64,000 nucleotides of DNA from assembly GCF_947581915.1 (NCBI RefSeq), contig NZ_CANPWG010000014.1:7769-71768 (forward strand), read 5' to 3'. The stretch's first letter is position 1. Each line of letters starts with the position of its first letter. The stretch comes from Candidatus Palauibacter scopulicola (GTDB lineage: Bacteria > Gemmatimonadota > Gemmatimonadetes > Palauibacterales > Palauibacteraceae). The notes under the pieces are model-generated. The model saw nothing but the letters and a program-made list of their open reading frames with translations. It was not told where the DNA came from and searched no databases. This document shows, in pieces, positions 17,854 through 26,904 of the stretch. Both the position numbers and the translations under genes were made by a program.

Positions 17854-19201
17854 CATGGAAGCTCTTCCGCTTCGAGAGCCGGGCCGCGTTCGGGAGCGTG
17901 AACCACACCGTCGTTCCACGGCCGAGGGCGCTCTCGATGCCGATCTCGCCCCCGTGCGCCTCCACGAAGTGTTTCACGATCGCGAGTCCGAGCCCGGTCC
18001 CGCCACGTGCCCGCGAACGCGCCGGATCCACCCGGTAGAAGCGTTCGAACACGCGTTCGACGTGAACGGATGCGATCCCGGGGCCTCGGTCGGAGACTTC
18101 CACGCGCTGCAAGCCGCCGGCCGGTCGAATACGGACCGCGATCGCCGGGTCTTCGTCGCTGTAGCGTGCCGCGTTGTCGAGCAGGTTGCGCATGATCTGA
18201 CGGACCGCATCGGGATCCGCCCACGCGGGCTCTTCCGTTCCGGATACGCGCAGGTCGAGGTCGGCGGCGCGAACCCTCGGCGACAGCGTGTCCCACACTT
18301 CTCCCGCGATAGCTCCGACCGAGACGGCCTCCGGCTCGGGGCTCCAGCTGCCGGACTCCAGCAGCGAGAGATCCAGGAGATCCTCGACCAGGTACCGCAT
18401 GCGCGTCGCGTTGGCGAAGATGCGCCGCGCAAAATCACGTGCCTGGCCGACTTCGAGGCCCCCCTCCACCAGCGCCTCGGCGAAGCCGACCACACTCGTC
18501 AGCGGTGTCTTGAGTTCGTGCGACACGTTCGCCACGAAATCGCGGCGGACCCCTTCGAGGCGTCGCATGACCGTGAGATCGCGGAGTACGATGATCGCGC
18601 CCGACCGGTGAGGGCGGGCCGACATCAACACCGTGTGCTCACCGAGTTCGACCTCCGCCGTCGTGGATTCGCCGCGCCGCGATGCGCTCACCGCTTCGGC
18701 GATCCTGGGAGAACGGAACAGCGTGCCGATGCGAGTCCCGGGTGCCACCTCACGTCCCGCCCAGCGTTCGAAAGCCGGGTTGCAGAGGCTCACGAGCCCT
18801 TCCCGGTCGATGAACGCGAGTCCATCCTCCAACCCGTCGAACAGAACCCTCAGGTCGCCGGACTCGCGTTCGGATACCTGCAGGCGATGGCGTATCCGAC
18901 CGGCCATGCGGTCGATCGCTCGACCCAGGGAACCGACCGAGTCGGAGCCGACCGGACCGACCGGGGGACGGAGGTCGCCGGAAGCGATGCGGTCGACGGC
19001 TTCCCGCGCCTGTCCGAGTTCGATCTCGACTCTTCCGGCCACGAAGCGGGCGGCCGGCCACAGCAGGAGCAGGATGCCACCCAGAACGGCGGATGCGACC
19101 GCCACCCCCGTCGCGTCCAGCCGGAAAATGAACCAGGCGGCGAAGTACGTCACCGCGAGCACGGCGGCCGACGCGAGGAAGAAGCGGTTTCCCAGCCTCA
19201 C
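17843..19201 (-). CDS. phoR: phosphate-regulon sensor histidine kinase PhoR-like (2 TM helices, HAMP, PAS-like domain, HisKA, HATPase)
   Basis: H-box FVANVSHELKTPLTSVVGF. N, G1, G2 boxes (LLDNAARYS, DRGPGI, GGTGLGLAIVK). Immediately downstream of the phoB-like response regulator. Confidence 0.8.
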   Translation of the reverse strand: MRLGNRFFLASAAVLAVTYFAAWFIFRLDATGVAVASAVLGGILLLLWPAARFVAGRVEIELGQAREAVDRIASGDLRPPVGPVGSDSVGSLGRAIDRMAGRIRHRLQVSERESGDLRVLFDGLEDGLAFIDREGLVSLCNPAFERWAGREVAPGTRIGTLFRSPRIAEAVSASRRGESTTAEVELGEHTVLMSARPHRSGAIIVLRDLTVMRRLEGVRRDFVANVSHELKTPLTSVVGFAEALVEGGLEVGQARDFARRIFANATRMRYLVEDLLDLSLLESGSWSPEPEAVSVGAIAGEVWDTLSPRVRAADLDLRVSGTEEPAWADPDAVRQIMRNLLDNAARYSDEDPAIAVRIRPAGGLQRVEVSDRGPGIASVHVERVFERFYRVDPARSRARGGTGLGLAIVKHFVEAHGGEIGIESALGRGTTVWFTLPNAARLSKRKSFHVPA

Positions 19202-19240
19202 CGAACGGGCTCCGTCACCGAACGGGCTCCGCCGCGCGTA

Positions 19241-19936
19241 CTACTTGTCCAGCGCGCGGAATCGGTAGCCGATCCCGCGAACCGTTTCGATCAGGGACGC
19301 TGCGCCCCCGAGCTTGGTCCGCAGCCGTGCGACGTGCATGTCCACCGTGCGCGTTTCGATTGCGGCGTTCGTGTCCCAGACGGCCTGGAGCAGTTGACGG
19401 CGGGTCTGGACGCGTCCCCGTCTCTCCAGCAGGACTTCGAGCAGACGATACTCGAGTCGCGTCAGGTCGACCTCGACCCCCTCCGAGAAGACCCGATGCG
19501 CCTCCCGGTCGAGTTCCACCGGCCCGACCGAGATTCTCCTCGACGCGGACACGGGCTCCGCCTTCGACCGGCGCAGGAGGGCCTCGACGCGGAGCGTGAG
19601 TTCGCGCGCGCTGAAGGGCTTCGTGATGTAGTCGTCCGCACCAACCTCGAAGCCCTTGACCCGCTCGTCTTCCTCCCGCCGCGCCGTGAGCAGAATGACG
19701 GGCGTCGAGCTTGTGCGCTCGCCGCGCCGGAGGCGCTGCAGCACCTCGTATCCGTCGATTCCCGGCAACATGAGATCGAGGATGATGAGGTCCGGCTGCT
19801 CGGCCTGCGCGGTAGTCAGCGCGCCCTGCCCGTTCACGGCCGTGGTGACCCGGTATCCTTCCCGGCTCAGGTGATAGACGAGCACGCTCAGGATGTCCGG
19901 TTCATCATCCACAACCAGGATCTGTGCGTCCGGCAT
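19241..19936 (-). CDS. phoB: OmpR/PhoB-family response regulator
   Basis: Receiver domain MPDAQILVVDDEPDIL...DLIILDLMLPGIDG...KPF. Winged-helix C-terminus (MHVARLRTKLG...GIGYRF). Start at MPDAQ (19934-19936). Confidence 0.85.
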   Translation of the reverse strand: MPDAQILVVDDEPDILSVLVYHLSREGYRVTTAVNGQGALTTAQAEQPDLIILDLMLPGIDGYEVLQRLRRGERTSSTPVILLTARREEDERVKGFEVGADDYITKPFSARELTLRVEALLRRSKAEPVSASRRISVGPVELDREAHRVFSEGVEVDLTRLEYRLLEVLLERRGRVQTRRQLLQAVWDTNAAIETRTVDMHVARLRTKLGGAASLIETVRGIGYRFRALDK

Positions 19937-19957
19937 CTCACGTTCCGCGTCAAGGGG

Positions 19958-19972
19958 TCTCAGGAATCCTGA
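19958..19972. promoter_or_regulatory. 15-bp perfect palindrome CTCAGGA-A-TCCTGAG, 22 bp upstream of the phoB start codon
   Basis: Read directly. Arms are exact reverse complements. Confidence 0.4.
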
Positions 19973-19991
19973 GCCTCGTCTGCCGGCGGTA

Positions 19992-20009
19992 TCGTAACAC
20001 TTTCGTAAC
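19992..20009. promoter_or_regulatory. Pho-box-like element: two identical 7-bp direct repeats TCGTAAC separated by 4 bp (11-bp periodicity), 56-73 bp upstream of phoB in the phoB/TonB-receptor divergent region
   Basis: atCGTAACacttTCGTAACc read directly. This architecture (7-bp direct repeats, 4-bp spacer) is that of PhoB boxes, and the site is at the head of the pho-pst operon. Confidence 0.45.
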
Positions 20010-20216
20010 CATCTCGTGAACGCCCCTCGGAGCCGCCGCATCCGCCCGCCCCGGGGGGCTCCGGCGTGCTTCCTTCCGCGTGACGCAGCGTGTTTGAACC
20101 CGTGACGAACATGTGACGTTCCCTTGCCTGGAGACGTTACCGAACCCGCCTATCCTCCGCTCCGGTAGCAGTTCCGTGCAGCAGGATCCCGAAGAATCCC
20201 GGAGCCCCCGGAGCCA

Positions 20217-23057
20217 ATGAAACTCACAAGACGACAGCGCAAACCCCGGCACAGGGCCGGTCTCGGCGTCCTTTCCGTCCTTCTCCTGCTCGGCCACGCG
20301 GGTGCGTCCGCGGCCCAGGAGGTGTCGCCCGGCCGACTCTCCGGTCGAATCGTGGATGAGGATACGGCGAGGCCGCTGAGCCTGGCGCAGATCTCCATCC
20401 CGTCGCTGAACCTGGGAACCCTGAGCGACGTCGACGGTCGCTGGACGCTTCGGGCCATACCGGCCGGGAAATACGAAGTCGTCGCCCGCCTCATCGGCTA
20501 CGCGAGCAAGACGATTACCGGCGTGCTGATCGTTTCCGGAGAGGCCGCGACCATCGACATCTCGCTGCCGGCCCGGGCGATCGAGCTGAACGAGCTATCG
20601 GTCACCGTGGCGGACCAACGCGGCACGGCCGCCGCGGTCCTCCAGAACCGGCGGACCGCGGCGGCGGTGACGGACGCGATCGGACGCGAGCAGATCTCCG
20701 ACTCGCCCGACTCCGACGCGGCCGCGGCGATGGCGCGCGTCCCGGGCGTCTCCATCGTGAACAAGAAGTTCGTCTTCGTGCGCGGCCTCGGCGAACGCTA
20801 CGGCAACACGACGCTCGACGGCGCGGTCATGCCGTCCCCGATCGCGGACCGCAAGGCGGTCCCGCTCGACCTCGTCCCGGCCAGCTTTATCGAGAACGTC
20901 TCGACCTCGAAGAGCTATCTGCCGCGGCAGCCGGCCGACTATGCCGGCGGGCTGGTCCAGATTGAGACGCGCAGGGTCCCGGGAGAGAACTTCTTCAAGG
21001 TCGGGATCGGCGGCGGAGCGGAGTCGGCGACGACGGGCAAGGGGGGGCTCGACTACGCCGGCGCCGGGCTCGACTTCCTCGGCATCGATGACGGGCGCCG
21101 CGGGCTGCCCGACATCGTGCCGACGGACCGGGCGGTCAACCGCGCGAACTTCACCCGCACCGAGCTGGAGGAGATCGGAGAAGCGTTTTCTCCGGGCTGG
21201 GCCGGCACGCCGCGCGACCTCCCCTTCGGACAGAGCGGCGAACTCGCCTTCGCGACCGAGTTCCCGCTCGCCTCGAAGAACCTGGGGATCCTCGCGACGG
21301 CGCACTGGGACGACTCGTGGAACCGGCGCGACGGTTACGTGGAACGCGTGTTCGCCTCCTCCGGCCTCGCGGACCCGGAAGTGGACTACGCGGGCGACCA
21401 GTCCACGCGTACCGTCACGCTCGGCGGCCTCCTGAACGCCGACTACCCGCTCGCGCCGAGCCACCGCATTTCCTTCAGCGGACTCCTGAATCGCGTCACG
21501 GAGGACCAGGCGCGCGTCCTGCAGGGGTTCAACCTCGACTCCAACACGGACCAGCGGAACACGCGGATCCAGTACGTCGAGAACTCCCTCGTCCAGGGTC
21601 GCCTGAGCGGGAAGCACTACTTCAACGCCTTCGGCGGCACGACGGCGGAGTGGAAGGCCGCGTACTCGCGGGCAAGCCGCTACGAACCGAACACCCGCGA
21701 GGTCCTGTACCGCGAGTCGGGCGGCGTCTTCCTGTGGGACAACTTCATCCAGAGCGGCAGCATCTTCCATCAGGACCTGACGGAAGACGCGATCAACCTC
21801 AACGTCGATGTGCAGTTCCCGGTCCGCGTGAACGGGCGGGCGGGGACGATCGAGGTCGGCGCCGCGACCCTCGCGCGCGACCGCGACGTGCTCAGCCGAC
21901 GCTTCCGGTTCATCCCCAACCGGTCGATCCCGGATGACGTCAAGGCCGCGTCGCCCGACGGGATCTTCTCGCCGGAGAACATCGGCCTCGGCCCGCGGCA
22001 GTTCGAGATCCAGGAGGCCACCTTCCGCCCCGACAACTACGTGGCGGATCAGATGACGACGGGCGCCTACGTGATGGCGGACGTCGAACTGCTGCCGCGC
22101 GTCCGCTTCGCCGGCGGGGCTCGCATCGAGCGCAGCAGGCAGGTCGTGGAGCCGGTGGATGTCTTCACGAAGGGCGTCGAACCGCTCGCGGGCGCCGAAC
22201 TCGACGATACCGACATCGTGCCCGGCGCCACCCTCACCTGGGCGGCGGGCGACCGGGTCAACCTCCGGGCCGCCGCTTCACGCACGCTGGCGCGGCCCGA
22301 GTTCCGCGAGTTGGCGCCGTTCTCGTTCGCCGACTTCGCCGGCGGGTATCTCGTCGTCGGGAACCCGGTGCTTCAGCGCTCGCGGATCACGAACTTCGAT
22401 CTGCGCTGGGAGTGGTTCCCCCGGCCCGGTGCGGTCATCGCGGTGAGCGGCTTCTACAAGAAGTTCACGGACCCTATCGAGGAGGTCGTGTTCCCGAGCA
22501 GCGAGTTCATCAAGAGCTGGCTCAACGCCGGGACGGCGAACAACCTCGGGACCGAATTCGAGGTGCGTTCCAACCTCGGCTTCCTCTCCGAATCGCTGGA
22601 GAACTTCGCTCTGAATCTGAATCTCACCCTCGTCGACTCCGAGGTGGAGACGGGAAGCGTGGCCCAGATCTTCGTCCCCGGTTCGGGACCGCTCGAAATC
22701 GACATCGTGGGGCAGAAGCGGCGCCTCCAGGGCCAGTCGCCCTACGTCGTCAACGCGGGCGCGAACTGGGCCAGCCCGTCGGGCCGGACATCGGTGTCGC
22801 TCCTCTTCAACCGCTTCGGCCGGCGCATCAGCCAGGTGGGCAGCCAGTTCCTCGAAAGCGTGTTCGAGGAGGCCCGGAGCCAGTTCGACCTGGTCTTCGA
22901 ACAGGCGGTCGGGCCGCGGATGTCGGCCAGGCTGAGCGCCACCGACCTGCTCGCCGCCGACTACCGCTTCACGCAGGGCGGCGACCTCCTCCGCGGCTGG
23001 CGGCCCGGGCGGGCCTTCTCCGCCGGGCTGACCTGGCAGCCCGCGGGCGACCGCTGA
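20217..23057 (+). CDS. TonB-dependent outer-membrane receptor with N-terminal carboxypeptidase-regulatory-like domain
   Basis: Signal peptide, then a CarbopepD_reg-like domain (RLSGRIVDEDT...VDGRWTL...AGKYEVVARLIGYA). Plug domain (DAAAAMARVPGVSIVNKKFVFVRGLGERYGNTTLDGAVMPSP). Long beta-barrel. Confidence 0.85.
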   Translation: MKLTRRQRKPRHRAGLGVLSVLLLLGHAGASAAQEVSPGRLSGRIVDEDTARPLSLAQISIPSLNLGTLSDVDGRWTLRAIPAGKYEVVARLIGYASKTITGVLIVSGEAATIDISLPARAIELNELSVTVADQRGTAAAVLQNRRTAAAVTDAIGREQISDSPDSDAAAAMARVPGVSIVNKKFVFVRGLGERYGNTTLDGAVMPSPIADRKAVPLDLVPASFIENVSTSKSYLPRQPADYAGGLVQIETRRVPGENFFKVGIGGGAESATTGKGGLDYAGAGLDFLGIDDGRRGLPDIVPTDRAVNRANFTRTELEEIGEAFSPGWAGTPRDLPFGQSGELAFATEFPLASKNLGILATAHWDDSWNRRDGYVERVFASSGLADPEVDYAGDQSTRTVTLGGLLNADYPLAPSHRISFSGLLNRVTEDQARVLQGFNLDSNTDQRNTRIQYVENSLVQGRLSGKHYFNAFGGTTAEWKAAYSRASRYEPNTREVLYRESGGVFLWDNFIQSGSIFHQDLTEDAINLNVDVQFPVRVNGRAGTIEVGAATLARDRDVLSRRFRFIPNRSIPDDVKAASPDGIFSPENIGLGPRQFEIQEATFRPDNYVADQMTTGAYVMADVELLPRVRFAGGARIERSRQVVEPVDVFTKGVEPLAGAELDDTDIVPGATLTWAAGDRVNLRAAASRTLARPEFRELAPFSFADFAGGYLVVGNPVLQRSRITNFDLRWEWFPRPGAVIAVSGFYKKFTDPIEEVVFPSSEFIKSWLNAGTANNLGTEFEVRSNLGFLSESLENFALNLNLTLVDSEVETGSVAQIFVPGSGPLEIDIVGQKRRLQGQSPYVVNAGANWASPSGRTSVSLLFNRFGRRISQVGSQFLESVFEEARSQFDLVFEQAVGPRMSARLSATDLLAADYRFTQGGDLLRGWRPGRAFSAGLTWQPAGDR

Positions 23058-23075
23058 CGATCGGGAGAAAGAAGA

Positions 23076-24380
23076 ATGAGAAAGCTCGCGCTGACCGGCC
23101 TGCTCCTGGGGGGCCTCCATCTGGGGTGCGGAGGCGACGGGGACCTGCTTTCGCCGAGGCCGCCGGCGCCGCCGGCCGGCGTCGCGACGCTGTCCGGCAC
23201 GATCACGCAGTCGATGACGCTCGACCCTGCCCTCACCTACCGCATCCAGGGCACGACGATCGTTGAGGACGGGGCTACGCTCACGATCCCGGCCGGAACG
23301 CTCCTGCTGGGCGACGTGGACTACTCCGGTTCCGCGCTGATCGTCCGGCAGGGCGGTCGGTTGGTGGCGCGCGGGACCGCGGACGCACCCATCGTGTTCA
23401 CGAGTTCGAACCCCGCGGGCACCCGCCGCCGCGGCGACTGGGGCGGTGTCGTCCTCAACGGCCGCTCGAACTGCAACTTCCCGTCGGACGAGTGCGTCGG
23501 CGAAGGCAACTCGGGCCCCTACGGCGGAACCGAGACGGACGATGACAGCGGCGAACTCAGCTATGTGCGGATCGAGTACGCCGGGTACGAGGTGAGTTTC
23601 GGCAACGAACTGAACGGCCTCACCCTGAACGGCGTGGGTTCGGGCACCCGGCTCCACCACATCCAGTCGCACTTCGGCTCGGACGACGGCATCGAGTTCT
23701 TCGGCGGTACGGTCGACCTGAAATATGCCTACGTCACCGGCGCCTCCGATGACTCGTTCGACTATTCGACGGGCTGGCAGGGCCGCGGGCAGTTCTGGGC
23801 CGCGCAACAGGACCCGCACGATGCGGACAACGGCTTCGAGGTCGACGGGAACGAAGAGGACTTCGACGCCGTGCCGTTCACCGACCCGACGATCTACAAC
23901 GTCACCCTGGTCGGCAAGGAGGCCGGGACGGGTTCCGCGGGCGAGAGTTCGCGAGGGATCATCTTCCGTCGCGGCACGGCCGGGATGCTCTACAACGCCG
24001 TGATCCTCGGATTCGAGAAGGGGTTCGATGTCGACAACGAAGAGACGGCGGATCGGGTTCAGATTCGGAACAGCTACGTCTTCGGCCAGGAGAGCCGGTC
24101 CTTCGAGGGCGCCGAAGACAACGAGACGCCCGACATCGACGAAGAAGCCCTCTGGATGACGGCGGGCTGGGACAACGTGATGGACGTCGATCCGATGCTC
24201 GCCGACCCCTTCAACCTCATGATGCCCGATTTCCGTCCGTTCGGCGGTTCGCCGCTGACGAAGGGTTACGCCGAACCGCCCGCGGACGACGGTTTCTTCG
24301 AGGCGGTCGACTACATCGGCGCCTTCGCGCCGGGCGTGCCGCAGTGGATCGAGGGCTGGACCACGTCGGAGCAGGGATAG
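23076..24380 (+). CDS. lipoprotein with acidic repeats, TonB-receptor-associated (hypothetical)
   Basis: Lipobox LHLGCGG. Repeated acidic D-D-G/S-F-D/E-Y motifs (DDGIEFFGG, DDSFDYSTG, DNGFEVDG). 19 bp after the TonB-receptor stop. Confidence 0.6.
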   Translation: MRKLALTGLLLGGLHLGCGGDGDLLSPRPPAPPAGVATLSGTITQSMTLDPALTYRIQGTTIVEDGATLTIPAGTLLLGDVDYSGSALIVRQGGRLVARGTADAPIVFTSSNPAGTRRRGDWGGVVLNGRSNCNFPSDECVGEGNSGPYGGTETDDDSGELSYVRIEYAGYEVSFGNELNGLTLNGVGSGTRLHHIQSHFGSDDGIEFFGGTVDLKYAYVTGASDDSFDYSTGWQGRGQFWAAQQDPHDADNGFEVDGNEEDFDAVPFTDPTIYNVTLVGKEAGTGSAGESSRGIIFRRGTAGMLYNAVILGFEKGFDVDNEETADRVQIRNSYVFGQESRSFEGAEDNETPDIDEEALWMTAGWDNVMDVDPMLADPFNLMMPDFRPFGGSPLTKGYAEPPADDGFFEAVDYIGAFAPGVPQWIEGWTTSEQG

Positions 24381-24418
24381 CCGAAGTCGATTCGCATTCG
24401 CCAGGCGGAGACTCTCGC

Positions 24419-24934
24419 GTGTCGCGCACGGGCCTCGTCCTTGTATCGGCTCTGCTGCCGGTCCTTGTCGGATCCTGCGGAGGGGCGGCGCCCGACGGAG
24501 CTGAGCGGCTGCCCGGATCCGCCGGCTCCCTCGAGGAACTCGCGACCACGGTCCTGGTCGGGCTGGCCGCGGCGGATACCGTGAGCCTCGAAACCGTCCG
24601 CCTCACCGAGGACGAGCACAACGATCTGGTGTGGCCCGAACTCCCGGCCTCGGCGCCGGAGGTGAACTACCCCGTGGACCTCGCGTGGAAGAACATCCGG
24701 ACGCGGAACCGCGCGGCGCTCTCCGATCTCTTCGCCGTGTACGAGAACCGGGAGCTGCAGTTCGTCCACGCGGAGTGCCGCGGGTTCACCGAGGCCTTCG
24801 ACAGCTTCGTCGTGCACACGGACTGCTGGGTCACGCTCGAACGCGACGGAGAACGGCTTCCGCCGCAACAACTCTTCAAGGACGTACTCGACCGGGAGGG
24901 CGGACTGAAGATCTTCCGCTACTACGAGCCGTGA
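24419..24934 (+). CDS. small lipoprotein (hypothetical)
   Basis: GTG start at 24419 within ORF 24344..24934. Lipobox LLPVLVGSCGG. Third gene of the TonB-receptor module. Confidence 0.5.
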   Translation: MSRTGLVLVSALLPVLVGSCGGAAPDGAERLPGSAGSLEELATTVLVGLAAADTVSLETVRLTEDEHNDLVWPELPASAPEVNYPVDLAWKNIRTRNRAALSDLFAVYENRELQFVHAECRGFTEAFDSFVVHTDCWVTLERDGERLPPQQLFKDVLDREGGLKIFRYYEP

Positions 24935-24952
24935 ACCGCTCCCGGCGCGAGG

Positions 24953-24978
24953 CCTCTCAGTAGTCCACTCAGTAGTCC
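24953..24978. repeat. 12-bp tandem duplication (TCAGTAGTCCAC x2) that duplicates the last three codons plus stop of nadE (VDY* VDY*)
   Basis: Read directly from cactcagtagtccactcagtagtccaccgg. Confidence 0.8.
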
Positions 24979-25847
24979 ACCGGCCTCAGGTACCACTCCC
25001 CGATCGCCGTCGGCGAGAGCATCGCGACCGTCGGCAGGTGGCGTTTCCAGTGTGTGTTCTCGAGCCGTCCGGCCACGAGTTCGACCTTTCCTCTCTCGAA
25101 GCCCGCCTCGACAAGCGCCTCCCGCCCGCGTCCGGAGATGAGGTGGTGGAGGATGAGATCCGCCTCCGGGTATGTGACGCCCAGGTCCTCCTCGTCCGTC
25201 TGTCCCTGGATCAGATCCGCCGTCGCCGGCTTGTCGACGACCTCGGCGGGCACGCCGACGGCCCGCGCGAGCGCCCATACCTGGCTCTTGAACAGATCCC
25301 CGAGCGGGTTCACCGGCGGGGAGTCGTCCGCGTGCCAGGTATAGTAGCCGAGCAGGCGCTCCGACTTGTTTCCCGTGCCGGCCGGGAGCGCAGAGAGCTT
25401 GAAGGCCTGGTCGAAGAGGACGATCATGCGCTGGCGCGCGGCCACGTTGCCCCGCCGGTGTTCGCCCGCCTCGGGCTCGAACTCGTCGAGATAGCCGTCC
25501 ACCGCGCTCGTGATGTCGATCGTGCGCGTCGGGATCCCGAATTCCTCCGCCACGAGCAGGGCGTGCTCGCGGCTGCGGGGGCTCGAAGTCCGGTAGGGCA
25601 GGAGTAGGGCGAGCACCGCTTCCGGGCCGAGAGCTTCCGCGCACAGCGCCGCGGTGAGAGCGGAATCCACGCCGCCCGACAGCCCGACCACGACCCTGCG
25701 AAAGCCGCGTCGACGTTCGATCTCCTCGCGGAGGAACTGAACGAGCCAGTTCCGCACGAGGCTCGTGTCGATGTCGAGCGGACTCGGATCGGCGGGGTGC
25801 GGCGGACGGCTGTCGGCGATCCCCGCCGGCGGCCACGCTCCGTTCAT
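24969..25847 (-). CDS. nadE: NAD+ synthetase (NadE) synthetase domain, stand-alone
   Basis: PP-loop GLSGGVDSALTAAL. NadE-specific ...SALPAGTGNKSERLLGYYTWHADDSPPVNPLGDLFKSQV... Confidence 0.85.
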   Translation of the reverse strand: MNGAWPPAGIADSRPPHPADPSPLDIDTSLVRNWLVQFLREEIERRRGFRRVVVGLSGGVDSALTAALCAEALGPEAVLALLLPYRTSSPRSREHALLVAEEFGIPTRTIDITSAVDGYLDEFEPEAGEHRRGNVAARQRMIVLFDQAFKLSALPAGTGNKSERLLGYYTWHADDSPPVNPLGDLFKSQVWALARAVGVPAEVVDKPATADLIQGQTDEEDLGVTYPEADLILHHLISGRGREALVEAGFERGKVELVAGRLENTHWKRHLPTVAMLSPTAIGEWYLRPVDY

Positions 25848-25854
25848 TCGATGT

Positions 25855-26748
25855 TCATTCGATGTCGGGGGCGGGTCTTCGAACGCCGGACCCCGGACTG
25901 TTCACGAGAAGACGCGTCCAGGATCGCTCCAGGTCGGAGAAGAGGGGCTCCTCCGCGCGGGCGCGCGTGGCCTCGTCGAGGTCGATCCGCACGGGCAGCA
26001 GCGCTTCCTCCCACAGCGGCCCCGCCAGCAGCCGGTGTCCGCGCGGATCGTAGGCCGCGGACCCGCCGGCGAACCCCTTGCCGCCTTCGAATCCGACCAG
26101 CTGGGACACGACGACGAACACCCCGTGCTCCGCGGCGATCGCACTCGCGAGGGCATCCCAGCGGACGAGGTTGTCGGGCACCCCGGCCCCCGGGGCTGCC
26201 CCGCGCGCGGGCGAGGCGCTGAGGACGAGGACGATCGCCGCCCTGTCGAGGGCGGCGAGGGTGCCCGAGATCGAATGAAAACCGTCTTCACAGATCAGGA
26301 GAGCGGTTCGCCCGAGCCGCCCGTCGAACGCCCGGATCCCGGCTCCCGCCTCGACGAACCGCTCCTCCTGAAAAACGCCGTAGGTGGCGAGGAACACCTT
26401 TCGGTGGACGTGGCGAATGCCTCCCGAGGGCCCCAGCGTCGCGTATAGCGCCGAGTTGTAGATGCCTCCCGCATCCCGCTCATAAAACCCGATCGCGACA
26501 TCGAGGCCGGCCGCATCCGGGCCGGTCCGCGAGTTGAGAGCCCTCAACAGCTCCCGGCTGGAGATCGCCTGCTCGCGCACGCCGCCCTCGAGGAAATACC
26601 CCGTGAGCGCCGTCTCCGGAAACACGACCAAACCCGGCCGGGGTTGCTGCCGTGCGGCACGCAGGATCGTCGCGGCACAAGCGTCGAGGGTCCGGTCGAG
26701 GTCGCCCTTGGCGGGCCGGAACTGGGCGATCGTGATATCGAGCGGCAT
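25855..26748 (-). CDS. carbon-nitrogen hydrolase (nitrilase-superfamily) protein; likely the glutaminase partner of NadE
   Basis: CN-hydrolase catalytic triad context (E in VVFPETALTGY, K in HRKVFL, C in LLICEDGFH). Located 8 bp upstream of nadE on the same strand, in the same order as the domains of fused Gln-dependent NadE. Confidence 0.75.
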   Translation of the reverse strand: MPLDITIAQFRPAKGDLDRTLDACAATILRAARQQPRPGLVVFPETALTGYFLEGGVREQAISSRELLRALNSRTGPDAAGLDVAIGFYERDAGGIYNSALYATLGPSGGIRHVHRKVFLATYGVFQEERFVEAGAGIRAFDGRLGRTALLICEDGFHSISGTLAALDRAAIVLVLSASPARGAAPGAGVPDNLVRWDALASAIAAEHGVFVVVSQLVGFEGGKGFAGGSAAYDPRGHRLLAGPLWEEALLPVRIDLDEATRARAEEPLFSDLERSWTRLLVNSPGSGVRRPAPDIE

Positions 26749-26904
26749 GCGTTCCGCACTCGTTCGAGTGAAGTGCCGAGAGGCCGGCGGCCACGCGATA
26801 CCGCCGCCGGGGGAACGTCCCGGAACCTCGCGACGGTGTCAACGGCCCGGCCGCCGCGGGGTCGCCTGTTGCACCTCGGGGCTTCTCCTCGTATCCGTCG
26901 GGCC

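Noticed and set aside
17708-19972. 754-aa + ORF
   Set aside because: Antisense to the phoR and phoB genes. No domains.
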